Origin: Seison nebaliae
Taxonomy: Eukaryota
Assembly (NCBI GenBank): GCA_023231475.1
Contig: JALJEE010002021.1
Location: 1 to 64,000, forward strand
Direction: 5' to 3'
DNA: 64,000 nt
Shown here: piece after piece, positions 1 to 14,354 of the stretch
How positions within the stretch are numbered: position 1 is the stretch's first letter
How the letters are laid out: each line of letters opens with the position of its first letter
Notes under the pieces: model-generated
Databases searched by the model: none
What the model was told of the DNA's origin: nothing
The model's input: the letters and a program-made list of their open reading frames with translations, nothing else
Position numbers and translations under genes: made by a program

Positions 1-919
1 CCTGATAATCTCAAAAATCAAATACGTAGATGCCGTGAACTAATATCCAACGACCAAGGTCGTGAATTCTTAATTTTTATTTATAATTTACCCTATAGGG
101 ATTTACATTTACAATAAAAAAAAAAAAAATAAAAAAAATAATAAACATTAAAATAATAATGCAAACTATTTATTTAAAAAAACTAAAAAAAATTCTCAAA
201 ATAATAAATTCTAAAAAAATAAGCTGCTAAAATTACAGACTCTACCGGAATTAAACATTTGTCTGCAATATATGCAGTACCATTTTTCATTCACTTTCGA
301 AAAACAACGAATAACTTCTTCTTTGTCATAATTAATAGATTAGACTATATTAGACGGACGATAAAAATTTTACTTCATTCTATCATTTGGACACCACTAA
401 CCTAAACCATTAAAAGGTGTTTAATAACGTTTAGTTAGTTTCAGTTTAATAAAGTAGTCATCTCGTCTATAATGAGCTTAACAGAGAATAGTTTCATACC
501 TTCCATTAACACTGATTGAACGAAGATTACTCATAGGGTAATAAGTATACATGTATATGTAGTTATTTGATAAGAGTGCGAGAAATTTTGATATTGGGTG
601 TTTATATGTTGAAAGAATTATAATTGTGATAAAAATTACTGTTGAATGGTCTCGTTTAAGAGGAGATTGAGGAAGGAAGGAAAGAATAGAATTGACTAAG
701 AAAGTTTAATAAATTTCAAAGATATAGAGTTTTTTGAGGAATTGACATATAATATAATTTAAAAAAGTTTCTCCAATTATCCATAAAACACGCAAATAGT
801 TCGACGTCTTACAAAAAATTATTCTTTTTTATGCATCGATAATTAACGAAAAAAAACAAATAAAATGTTATTTAGAGAAATCAATTAATTCTTCTCTTTT
901 CTGATACTCTTCAAAGAAA

Positions 920-3900
920 TTAGTTTGAAGTTGTTGGAATATCATTTGTTTGTATCGTCCAATTGACAGGTTGGGATGATGTGAGGTTATCGACACGACT
1001 TTCAGCGTCGAAGAATTCTTGATTACCAGGACTTTCACTTCTCTCGTGTTGGATTGACCTAGAAATATTGTCGTAATTGTCTTCTTCTTCATCACTGGCA
1101 CTAGTTTTCCTTTGGCTTGTTGGAATTTCTTTCTGATTCGAGTTCTGCGACAAAGTTATTGTCGAAGTGTTGATGTTATTCGTACTAGATAATGTACTTT
1201 CATCATTCGGATTTGATTCAATGTTGATGGAGGATGTGATTATGAATGACGGTTGTGTACCGTTCGACGTGCTCGGTTTCCTGTTCGTCTGAGGGAGAAT
1301 GAGAGTGTAACTAGTTTCATTCTCTTTATTATTATCATTATCTGACGGTGTCAATGTTGAGGCGCTTGACTTCGTTACAGATGTCGTCGTTGTGATAACC
1401 GGAGTGTGAGAAATGGTAACCAAATTCGAACGATCACCATTAGAATTGGGGGCGGTGGAGGAAGTGGTCGATTGACCGTGCTGTTTATATTGCTCGTAAG
1501 CTTGTAATACATTATTTAAATTTAAAGAATTATTTTTTGGAGCATTACCAATGGAAATAGATGCATGACTGATGGTTGGAGACGAAGTCACCGTCGGATT
1601 TGTGGTATTGGACGAAACAGTAGCAAGTGATTCACGAGCAGTAGAAATGAATTCACATTTGGAAAATTTATCCAGAGAAGAATTTGAATTTTTCTCTTCG
1701 TTATCTTTCGATCGATTATTGAGTTGTTCAGTTGATTTCATTTTCTTAAAGGAATTCTTCTCGTTCTTTCCAATTCCTTCCAAACTTTTCTGCTGAATTA
1801 ACAAATTGTATCTCTGATGAGGTAATTGACAACGTGACGAATTGACACCTGATGGTACAATAGTTGCTGTACTTGTAATTGATTGTTGTTGTTGGTCTTG
1901 TTGTTGATTATTATTTGTCGATGTTGACGAATGTTTTGTGTTTTCAACAACTGTCGGATTAGTCACTGTCGTTGAATTGGCTGTATTGATGGATGATGTA
2001 TGAATTTCTTTCGTCTTCTTTTTATCTTTCTCATCTGATTGTTTCGAAAGATATTTATTCGAATTTAACGGTGAATTCTTATATCTTCTTTTTCCATAGG
2101 AATGTTTCCTTTCTAAACTGCTGGGAGCGACATCGTGACTCTTTTCTCCTTCATCATTCTTCTTTTCATTCTCTATTTTCTCCTTATTATGAGCTCGACC
2201 ATTAGCTGCTATCGAATTGATCTTATGATTTGATTTGTCATTTTCTGAATGACGTTTATATCGATCGAATGATGTACTTATTGTCTGATGTCGTCCTTTC
2301 ATATAAGAACGGTTACTGAAATGAGCTGATCGATCGAATGATTTATCTAATCTTGGATCTCCATCAATTCTTTGATCATCAGGAATTGCGTTAAAGAAGT
2401 TGTGAGCTAATGCTTGAGTTAAAGTTATTCGTCTTTGTTGATCATATTCCAACATCTAAAAATATTATAAGAAAAGAAATAATAAATCAAATTTAACTAA
2501 TGATATCAAATCGAATAATTGACGGTGATCTTCATCATTCACTTGCATGTACCGTCTCAACGGTTTACAATTACTTCTCACATATTTCCCATTACTACTA
2601 CGCTCATCCCAGTCCAGGTGTCCGTTCCAGAAATATTTTGTTTTCTTCGATTTCTTTACCATTCGGTATGGTATCGGTCCCAGAATTCTCTCCATCATTG
2701 CCAGATGTTCTTTATTATCATGTGTCTAATATTAATTGGAAATGATATTTGAAAAATTATAAAAATCTCACTTGGAATAATGTGTATCCGACATATAATT
2801 CGAATAGAATACATCCGATACTCCAAACATCACAAGCTTGATCCCAACCAATTTCTAATTAAACAAAATTTGAAAAATTCTATTAAGCCTAAAATTTTAT
2901 ATGATAAATCCAACCTAATAATACTTCTGGTGCTCGATAATGTCTCGTACTGACAACTGTAGAATGATGTTCCCAATCGAAAGTGGCGGAACCGAAATCG
3001 ATTACTCGAATATCTGTATTCCTGATCGTTCTTTCTTCACGTTTCTTGAAGAAAAATTAAAAATAATTTTTTTTTGATTTTTAAAAAAATTAAACTTTCT
3101 TATGATCATATTTCACATCATAATTAGAAGAAAGAAATAATATATTCTCCGGTTTCAAATCCGTATGTGTCAAATCACAACTATGCATAAATTTCACAGC
3201 GGCACATAATTGATAAGCCATGTGACGTACTTGTTCGAGAGAATATGGTGAATAACTATTCTCTTTCTAAAAATGTCAATTCAAATTATGAAATTAAACA
3301 ATTATTTTATAAAATTATTATGAATAAATTTAACTAGAAAATCAAAGACACTCAATCCCAACATGGGAAATGCGATACATGTATGTCCATGGAAATCGAA
3401 CCAATCAATCATCGAGACACATAAACTGAAATAAATGAAAAGATATCGAGTCAATTTACTTTTAAAAAGTCACCACTAACAATTTACCTTCCGGATCTTT
3501 ATTCTGTAAACTTTTCAGAACATTAATTTCCAATTTTGCGGCTTCTCGATATTTATCCACATTCTTGATAATTTTCAAAGCAATCTTCTGCTTATCATTT
3601 CTCCTACAATACAAATTAAGAAAAAGAACATTATTATTAATATATCAAGAAATATTATTAACTTTTTCAGATCGACAACTTCAACAACTTTACCGAATGT
3701 ACCTTCACCAAGAGTTCGTCTAATTTCATCTATAGAAACGAAAAAAAGAATAATGATGGGGAAAAGACAAATTGAATTAACATCGTGAATGTAAAACGTC
3801 ACCGGGGGCATATATCAGATGTCCTTCTTCATCGTCACGAATATTGAGTTTATGTTGAGGTTTCTTATATCTCAGATCGTCATGATTCTTGTGGTCATGA

Positions 3901-6900
3901 GCTTTCGTCGGTACATTGTCAGATGGAAGAACATTATCTTGATGAAGATGTTGAGCAGTACGGACACCGATGGTTGAAGGAAATAGACGGTTATCCTTCT
4001 TCTTTCTAAAAAAAGAAAATTTATAAAAGTTTTAGAAACTTCAATTTTTTTCAATATTTTTTTTTGTTGTTGAGACAATAATAATGAAAACAAGATTAAT
4101 TCAATTAGATAATGGAGATGTTCACCGAAAAAATTTCAAAGGAAATTAGTGGAATCTAAAAAAATGAATGATGTTCTCATAAAAAATGTGGTTAAATAAG
4201 CGGTGAAAATGATCAAGTGTCAAATTAAATAGTCAACAATTCTCCCATTACTATAGGAGATGTGGAAGGAAAGCACAATTAAAAAAGAGAAATTTTTTAA
4301 GGATTTCAATCAACTTTATCAGATTGGTCACGCCTTAATAAATATCAGAACTGATTAGCTGTCATTCCACCATGGAAATCTGACGATTCGTCAATATTAT
4401 CGACATGTGTTCTCATTAAATCAGTAGCCGCAGTCGCGGTTGCTGGAAAATTTGATTTATTCTCATTTGGATGATGATGATGATGATAATGATGGAGAAC
4501 GTCATAATCACGATTTGAATATAAAGTTCCATAATTCGATGTGGTAGCAGATTGGAGAGGAGAGTCTGATGATTGTATTGTGTTATCTTGACTAAGTAGA
4601 TTCTCTAAACGATTAACTATGGCTAATGGCTCAGTTCGATGAGTAGTCGTTCGATAGGAATCTCCATTCTCTAAATGACCATTTCGTGCAGCTTCTCTTT
4701 TTGGTGCATATTTTTTTAGACGACGGAGAATTGCTGGATGTTGACTCGTTCCACCACCACGTTTAGTCACCGGTGTTTTCTCCGGTGTAATATATTTCGA
4801 TGTAGTATTATAAGTGGATGTATCGAGATAAGAATCGTTTGGTATGATTCGTGAAGTTAATGCTCGTCGATTGGAAGAATAATCAGTTTCATTTTTATAA
4901 TTTCGATTATTTGTTGATGGTGATCGATTATTATTCGTTTCCTTCCCCGAAAATATCGATCCAGCTCCATAAAAAGTGCTCTGAAATCTCTTTTTCAATT
5001 GTCGGGGACGTGTAATCTGTGTCCAAATGGGCGCAATTGATCGTGCACTAATTCGTGCAATTTGCGACGGTTTCTGCGCAACACCATACGATGAGAGCCA
5101 TGACGGTTTCTCTCCCGTTGTTGATGAAGTGGAGGGGGTGATGGTGGAAGAGGAGATTGGGATACGATTACCTGATGGTCCCATTCGAGTACGATATTTA
5201 TAATTACATGTACGTATCGGTTGATGGATATCATTCGGTCGGAGATGACTATAAGTTTTGGATGATGTAATTCCTGAAGAACTAATTGAAAATGGTGATG
5301 ATGATTCACCATCATTCATTCTTGAATGATCAGTCAATCCATTGGAAGTTATGGCACAAGTTGCACGTCTTGATAAGTCATTATCCGTTCCATTTGTTGA
5401 ATGATCATTGTAATGATTTTTCAAATGTAAATCATTATTCGTTTTCCCATGTAATCTGGTTCGTCGATGATAATTCTCTTTTTCCGTTTCATTCGATAAT
5501 TGAGTATTTGTATTTGGATAATAATTAGTATCACTAGCTGTTGTGTAATGATTAAGATGACGCGAGAAGCTTGTTCCTGATAAGCGATTATTGTCGTCGT
5601 TAGATTGATATCGATCATCATTCGAAGTAGCATCATGTAACGGATTATTTTGAATTGATATTGTCGTCGAATTACTATTCTTCAAAATACTATTCAATGG
5701 TTTCGATGCCATTCTGGGTGAAGTGTAATTTGTGGAATTGATAAATTTAGTTTTGTCCAATTTCCCTGCAGATTGGTCAGATGAAAAATTCAATTTCGTT
5801 CGACGTGACTCGATTCGAGGAGAAATGATAACTGATGATGATGAAATGAAATTCTTCGAATCACCATTATCATATATGGAATTCGAACGACTACGATTTC
5901 TCACAATTTTTGATTGTTTCAATTCAACTCATTATTCTCGTGCACATTATGTGCACTACTCTAATTCTTATGAATAATATCGAATAAATTTGAATAATGT
6001 TCAATTTTTTTGGGAATTACTTTCAAATTTATCAGTTTCTTTTCTTTGATTAATTTAGCGATTGTTCAGATGTTCTTTTTTGGAGAAACGGAAGAACGCT
6101 TTCTTCAAAATAAATTTCTTTACAAGTGATTCTACTTCACAATTATCAGCAGATAATCAATCGATATGCTCACAAAATTCCTCACTCATAAGATTATTAA
6201 AGAAATGGAATAATTTCTTATTTATTTCTTTCTTTTTTTTTTCGAATAAAAAACAATAATTATTGGAGTAAAAAACCGTTTTCTTTATCGTAATCAATGG
6301 ATATTTCGTATTTAAATTATTTAATATGAAGACGAATTGATGGAAATAATTATTATTATTTTTAATGCATCCGATTAACAATTAATAAATTTGAAGATCA
6401 TCCAATTCCATCTCAAACACATTTCTCACATGGAAGAGAGATCTTCTTTCTGGAAGAATATTTCCTCAATCATCGAACGAAATGAGGAATTGAATGGAAG
6501 AGAAGAATCAGGATAAAGAGGATGCAGGGAGAGACATGACATCAGCGAATGAGAGATTCATTATTAAAATTACAGCTGCCATTCATCAATATATCTTTCC
6601 AGTCATTCCAATTGATTATGAGAATGAAAAAGAACATTGATATACTTCCAATATTTTCTTCTTCTTCTTCAGCTATTATTATTAGCGATCATATTATATG
6701 ATGACGATGAATGATGTGTTACTTGAAGAAAATGGAAATAACATTCGAAAGGAAAGTGCAAAGGAATTTTTTTTCAGATAAAAATAATTGATTTCTTCCC
6801 CCCCACATTATATCTCAAACGGATTTATTAAATACGAATATTATTTTTTTTGTAAAAGTAACGATGGAGTAAAGGACGGGGATGGTAAAGCAGGAGGCGT

Positions 6901-9900
6901 TCAAATCTATAATATTATCATTCATTAAAATTCTTCTAAATTATTTAGTAGAGGAGAAGTTAGATTCATTGCTCCCCCTCTGAACTCATCATTTCATCAA
7001 TTCATATCGTTCATAAACGAATATTATAAGCGCATTTATACTACTCCAACACACACACATACACACACATACACACACATACACACACACGAACACAAAG
7101 AGATTACTCAGCAAAAGAAAATTATAAATGAAAAATTCATCATCATATCTTTATGGAATTGTATGTGTATTGTGAAGAAGAAGAACAGCAGCAACGGTAT
7201 CGGCATAAAAGTTCGTTCTCTTTCTCATTCGACAAATGAGATCTATCTCTCTCTCTCTCTCTCTCTCATTCGAAATTGGAATGTGTTGGGGGAAAATTGA
7301 GATTGGTGCGAGGAGAGTAACTGATTAACAGAATATACTGAAAATAAAAGGAACTCCTTTCCACCACACCAGAACACAACCACATTTGAAACTCAAATAA
7401 ATGGAACAAATGCTGAATTGATCGATGTTATTATATGGAATGTTGAATAAGTAGAAGAGTGCAGTTGCACAACATCAATTTGGCCTTATCTATCATCGAT
7501 AATTATTTGTTTAATAAAAACAAACCGATCCACGCACCCGTCAACGATGATTTGAATATAATGTAATTCAATAAAAAAAACTTTTTCGAATTTGAAAAAA
7601 TAAATGATTAGAAACGAGATGTCCGCTATATTCAGAAGGAGATGCTTCGAGCCAAACCATATTAATTCCATCACCAGCAAAATTAATATTAGATGGAATT
7701 TGTCGTTTGAAAAGGGGACTGAATGAAGATAAGAAGAAAGGAATGAATACTTTCGACGATAGTCCATCGTTGAATAGAATATGTCATTAGTTTGCCGATT
7801 AGGACGTAGCAATGTTGATGGTGTTTGTGTAAGTGGAATGGTAATTGTCGATTTGGGAATATGTGAATTGGAAAGATCAAAATTATTCGATTTAAATTGC
7901 ATTAAATGCTTCTTACTTTTCGATCGTTTCAATTTATTATTGTTGTTGTTATTATTCGATTTCACGAAGTGACAATTATCATTTTTGATGGTTGATGGAA
8001 TTTGATGCAGTTTATTTGCATTAGTTGAAGAATAAATAATTTGTTTCTGACAATGACCATTTAATTTCTTAATATTCGTTAATGGATTATGATGTTCAGT
8101 CACTATCGGTTTGACGTTCTCTTTATTATTATTATTATTGAGGTCAGGAACTTTTGAATTATTTTCCAAATATTTTTTCACAAATAATTCCTGATAAAAA
8201 TTTTTCGAAGTATTCTTCGATTTTTTCGATTTACGATTTAGTGTTTCCGTTGTCGATGACGGTTGACCGATTGATGAGTTCAATTTTTTATTCGAATCAT
8301 TCTTGGTTGAATGAGCAACAATCGACGACTTAATCGTTTTACTTCGTTTCGATGGAACTTTAACGATAATTGTCGATTTTTTTGTTCGTTTATTATTTGT
8401 TGATTCAAATTCCTTTTTTGATATGACCACTTTTTGTTGTTGTTGTTGATTATTTGCTAATTGGATATTTTGATAATTGCTATTCTCAATCAACTTCATT
8501 CGAGGTAAGGTCATAATATTCATTGGAACATTAATATATTCAGTGATATTCTTCTTTCTCTTCTCTTTCAATTTCAACGAATGAGTATCATAAACATTTG
8601 AATTTAATGGTTTCCGATTTGTCAGCGAACCATTGGAGAAGATGTTGGAATAATTAGATGGATTATTTACTTCACTAATTCCATCAACATTAATAGAATT
8701 TATATAAATATGTTTCATTCTTTGTCGTTTATAATCGATGTTATTACGATGACGATCAGATACTGATGGAATATTATAATAATCATTTTGATGATATCGA
8801 CTTGATGAAAATGGTTTCCGTCGATTCATCGAACTTGATGAGAATTGAATGAGAGAATTCGAATCATTATTTTCCATATAATGATTATGATTAATGTTGT
8901 TGTTGTTGTTTGTGGTGGTTGTGGTATGAGTGAAATTGAGAGGATTATAAATCATCTTATTATTCGAATGATGATTCTGAGAATGAAGAAAATTAACGTT
9001 ACTAATTAATGAATGATCACTCGAATAATATTGTTTTCTTTGTGAATGACGATAGGAATTATATCCAGTTCGATATTCATCCATATTCGATCGATAATAA
9101 CTGTTGTTGTTTGTTGTGGTGGTGGTGGATGTGATTGGTAAAGTTAAATAGTTCAACATATCATATTCTGATAAGTTGTTCTGATGGGAGAGTGTTGATG
9201 ATAAGTTGAATCGTGTCATTTTGGAGGAGGATGATATTGATGAGATCGAATCCACCAACTCAGATGTTGTCGTTGTCGTCAACAATCGTGACAAGGAACA
9301 CGTCAACGTAGTAGTCGACGAGGTCGTCCGATTTGGAGATTGTGAGAATGCTATCAATGAATACGTCGACAAGTAAGAGGAGGGGAGAGAGGTTTGTTGC
9401 ACCGCAACTGTTGAGGAGGATGATGGTGATGAGATCGAAGTTGATAATGACGATATTACGTTATTCGCTTTATTAACTGCTTTCACTGTTGACCGATACG
9501 ATCTATTTTGATTGATATACGGTAAGATTGTCGTATTATTATGTTTGATGGTGATATGATTGTTATTGTTGTTATTGTTATTGTTGGTGGTGGTGGTGGT
9601 GGTGGTGGTAAAGGAACGTGTTGACGACAGATATGATGGTGTATGTCTCGCTGTTGTCAATAATTTGGTGTTTGAAGACAATGACGTTATCGACCTTATG
9701 TTCCCGTCGTTGATGGAGTGTGTATTGTACGTGGAGATGACAGATGAAGTTAATGAAGATGTCGATGAATATAATCCGATTTTCTTCTTCGAACTGATTG
9801 CTCCGAAGGAAGTGGTCGTACTTACGCAATCTGTTTGATTGGCCCTCGTTGTACTACTACTATTTGTCACCTTCTCACTATTTGTATCTAACGATGTTGT

Positions 9901-11566
9901 TAATGTTTGTTTAATTAGCTGATAATTATGTGAAGAATCAATGAAATGATCGTTTACGCCCCATCGATACATACCTAATCGATTACCATTCGTCATATTA
10001 CGTTGTGAGTTTGTACGATATTTCGTGTTATTATTATTCTTCAATTTCAATTTACTCTCCTGCAAATCCATCATCCGTCTCTTCAAATCACTCTCATTGA
10101 CATTTGTTCGTTCAATCAATTTTCTCTTCTCATTATCATCATTTCGATTGGAGACATTATAATTAGACATTAATCCCACATTATTTAACGACGGCAAATT
10201 CTTCAAATTTTCCTCCTTCAACTGATTAAGCGAATCCGTAAAATCTTTTTTGCTCTCCATCTTCATCGATTCCTGAACAGCGGTTGTCGTTTTTCCATTT
10301 TCTTCCAAATCATTTATCCATTTTTCAAAAATGGTTATTGGAGGATCTTTCATCTGATTGACTGATTTTTTAAAAGCATTTTCCGATATAACATTATTCG
10401 TCAATTTCGGATAAAGATGACGATTATTCTTATTTTCGATATTCACATAAATCTCTTCATTCCTTTGCCATTTGGCGGGTAAGGTTGATTGGGACGAATA
10501 AAGATTTCCATGACTTCTCACTTTCCCATTGAAATTAATTTCAGCACTTCGAAAATTATTTGAATAAATACTGGAATTATTATTATTCATATTCCGATTT
10601 ATGGTCGTGTTCTTTGTAGTGACGAGATTGGAAAGTTTCGGGAGATTCACGTACGTTTTTCGATTGCCGAACGTCGTCGACTTTTCAAGATAATTCTCCA
10701 AATTTTTCGCTTCATAATTCGTCATTACATTCTTGACGTTGTCGTGAGGATTATTGAATGAAGCAATGTGTAGACATTTCAATGATCCATGATGTTCTAA
10801 TCTGTCGTTGTTGGATTGTTTGTTTTCTTTCCCTTCACAATTCGATGAAGATTTCCCAACATAATTTGTCAACTGTTCAAAAATGTTCAAATTGTTTTCC
10901 ACTAATGACGATGATGAACTGAACAAATCATTCATTAACGTCCGTTTCCTCCCATCTGATGATGATTGATGATATCGTTCGATGTCTTTCTTCTTATCAT
11001 CATCTCCGTATGAACTCTTACTACCATTCGATGGTTGTGGTGGTGGTGGTGGTTTTGGTACAAACGTCGAAACGGAATCATACACTTTTCCCCTCCTCCT
11101 TCTCCTCATCATTGTCGATGACGTTCCACAATGCGATTTCAACAAATTCGAATTACAATTATTACGATTTTCATTGAATCCAATATTGGATATTGAATAG
11201 AATTGTCGTTTCTTTTCCATCATTTCACTTTTACAACTTCAAAATCATCCGTTTTTACACACACGCATGCACACGTGAAATATTGGTGATGGTGTGGGGA
11301 TGGTGAGGAAAAATAGATTTTACGAAATAAACGTTTCCTCTTATCCTCAACAATCAGCCTCTGACCAGAAAACGAAAGAAGAAATGACAATTGACTTAAC
11401 GATTTCAAATTTAATCTAACACTATCTTCCCCTCCACCAACCTGCCTAATTAATAGCAAGTGAAAATTGTTTATCTAAATTTCATCATTTCAAATCAAAA
11501 ACAACAATTCTATTGTTCGAATAAGAAAAGGCGAAGAACTGTGACTCGTATAGCGACTAGTCCACT

Positions 11567-11605
<39 letters not shown>

Positions 11606-13493
11606 GAGAGACACACACATTCTTACTATCCGTTTCAAATTAAATATGTTGAGAGCGACATGATCATACTGCAAGAATGATTCGTTGCGGATGAATAGAT
11701 TCGTTTATCAAATACAAATATCGACATAACACAGATATGAATAAAATGAGAAATATGTTAACAACTATCAAATCAATTACTCTTCCTCAATTACCATCAC
11801 GACGGAAAAAAGGAATGAATGTAAATTCCAATCGAATTTTCTAAATATCTCTTTCGATTCGTTCTCATCATTTCAATGAAACTGATCAACAGTTATTCAA
11901 ACTTCTCCACCTCATTCTAACAATGTTAGACGAGACACTTAAACAACTGAAATGAAAAGAAGAGGAATGAGGAAATGAGAAATAATTAGGAGTGTCTTTC
12001 ACAAATGTAGACATCGTGCATCATCTCCCACCACTTGAGAGAGAAAAGGTCAAAATGAGAGAGTTTGAGGAAGGCAGATTGAATTTGACAATTTCTCCCA
12101 TATCTTCTTTTCCATGAACATCGAATAAAAGAAATGAGCATTGAACTAGTTATCATTTCCTCTTCTCCAACTCAAATCAATTCGAATTTGTTTCCATTTA
12201 CAATTACACTTTTTTCTCTAATTATATCAACACGAATTGATAGATATCATCATGACAGATTAAAACCATCATCATTATCATTTCACGAAAAAATTAAAGA
12301 GAATCATCAAAAAAAAAAGATAATAATAATTAAAAAAAAGGTGAACATCTCCATTCCATTCATGAAGAACACTCATATCACTCATCAATTCTCTCTCTCT
12401 CTCTCTCTCGATCGAGAAAGAGAATTATCAATTTGAGATGAACATCTAACCTTTTCGTCAAGTCACATAATGAAAGTTGTTTATTCTTTAATTTCTTTTT
12501 GTCCTCCGATTTATCATTTCGTCTTCCCAACGATAACGATCGATAACGTCGATTAGAAGATTTCGTCTAAGAGAATTTTTTTCAATCAGTTAAATTAAAA
12601 AAAAAAACAACTTCGTCATCTGGTGAGACACTTCTTGAGGAATTGACCATTTCGGAATCGGATGAGATTTCCGTTTGAGATCGTTGAGGTACTAGTTCGA
12701 TGATGTCGATATCGTCATCCTCCAAATGATTATAAGTGTTCGTTGGTTTTAAAGGAACCATCGGCTCGTCGAACTTATTCCCACCAGCTGATGATATCGG
12801 TTTGAGTCTGTTGATTTTCTTTTTCCGATTCTTCTTCTCACTTCGAATAGATGTACAATTGGTTGTCAATTTCTTCTCCTTTAATTTCTCCGTTTCTTTT
12901 TTCCTCACATTATTCGATTTATTCGATTGACTTATCGGTGTCAATGTGTTGGACGATTGTGGAGGTTTCTTCGAAACACTTCGATTCCTTCTCTCTTTTT
13001 TGTCTGGTTTGGGAAATTCGGATTTTATCTGATCTTCAAATCGTCGACTCCTTTTAATTCTCGACACATCCTTATGCACATATTGATGATGTGGTATCAA
13101 TTTGTGATGATGGTTTAGACATGCATATCTCGAACTGTAATAATCATCATTATGACGATGATGATTATGTTTCTGGTTTCGTTGATGATATGATGATACA
13201 CCAGACGATGAAGACGAAATATTTGATGAATAATTCGGTGTGACTTGTACTCGACGTCGTTTCCTGCCATGAATCAATTCATCATTCTCCCAACATTGAC
13301 CTTCATAATATCCACTTCTATAAATTTCGTCATGTCGCCGATCGTCCATATATCGACCGAAATTATGACGTTCTCTCAACATCTCTTTCATATATCGATT
13401 CCGACAGTTCTTGTACCGTTTCTCATATCGAGAAACGACGTAACGTTTCGAATGTTTCGGATTGAAAATATTCTTCTCATGCTCCTCGTACAT
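920..13493 (-). CDS. Doa: CLK/LAMMER dual-specificity kinase (Darkener of apricot-like), multi-exon with alternative 5' exons
   Basis: Spliced translation gives [50 protein letters not shown] and [11 protein letters not shown]. Common exons: 4005-3782, 3729-3663, 3603-3481, 3425-3335, 3266-3096, 3044-2915, 2854-2772, 2725-2498, 2455-920. Distal Arg/Ser/His-rich exons: 13493-12612 and 12566-12451. Confidence 0.93.
4352..5922 (-). CDS. Putative alternative 5' coding exon of the CLK/Doa kinase (Ser/Thr/Asn-rich, low complexity)
   Basis: 525-aa ORF whose end carries a phase-2 donor (AAT CA|GTTCTG at 4351) in frame with the acceptor at 4006. First in-frame ATG is at 5712; the true start is uncertain. 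Confidence 0.65.
7049..7090. repeat. (AC)n microsatellite with 10-bp ACACACACAT periodicity
   Basis: Read directly from the sequence. Confidence 0.95.
7246..7267. repeat. (TC)n microsatellite
   Basis: Read directly from the sequence. Confidence 0.9.
7751..11223 (-). CDS. Putative giant alternative 5' coding exon of the CLK/Doa kinase (about 1157 aa, low complexity)
   Basis: 1245-aa ORF lying between CLK exons. Phase-2 donor CGA AA|GTATTC at 7750 is in frame with the acceptor at 4006, and the ORF tail after it reads like T-rich intron run-through. Confidence 0.62.
11568..11597. repeat. (CA)n microsatellite
   Basis: Read directly from the sequence. Confidence 0.95.
12390..12409. repeat. (TC)n microsatellite
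   Basis: Read directly from the sequence. Confidence 0.9.
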
Positions 13494-14354
13494 CTTTCGA
13501 ATCTTGTGTATTTGAGATGGACGATTCTTATACCATCTCCACTAAACAAATTAAGAAATATATTTCTCTATCAAATAACTGAAGTATATCTGAAAATTTG
13601 AATGATATATAAAACCGTCAGAAAAATCGTTATACGAAATATAAATTCGAAAAATTTTGTTCTAAAACGAATATAGGCAGAATTAAAATAAAATTAAAAG
13701 AATTCACTTTTTTCTAAAGCAGAATTTGGAATTCTGCTTTTTTATACATGAAAATACGTAAAACGAAAAAATACAAAGAAAAAACGAAAAAATTCTAAAT
13801 TCACATTCTCTTCGATTTTTCAGTACCTTTCTATTGTGTTACAATTAACCAAAAAAAAATACTCGTTGCACGAAAAATGTCAATTGAACAATCCAAAAAA
13901 AAAAACGTATTTTCGTTAATAGAAAATTTAATCCACAAAATTTAATTATTTGTTATTGTTACATTTTCTCGTTCTTTATATACCAGTAAGTTATGGTTAA
14001 GCTTATAACGTCTTTTCAAAATAGTTCCGTACAATCGCATATTTCAATTCTCCTTAAAATGCTTAAAAATGAAATATTTGGCTCATCATACTAACGAACT
14101 ACGTTAATATGATGACTTCCGTAATTAGCTGATATGAATCAGCTTAAGATAAAAACGTTCAATTTAATTTTGGTTTCATTTTTTGATATTTTATTTTTAA
14201 ATTTTAAGCTCATATTGTCTGTGATTTAAAGCTTAAAATTAGAATTAAAGATTTTGCTATAAATTGTAAATTATCTATTTCGTATAGTTGGTTGAGTGTT
14301 CGACGTGGTTCTCTTAAGATATCAACGAATTGATAATTTCTTGGAATAATTAAA

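Noticed and set aside
46..63. Small hairpin ACGACC-AA-GGTCGT near the window start
   Set aside because: A 6-bp stem is expected by chance and has no supporting context.
9560..9838. Poly-Leu/Val ORFs (also 40192-40398 and 62115-62327) that look like membrane peptides
   Set aside because: They are antisense shadows of poly-Asn/Thr codons in real genes.
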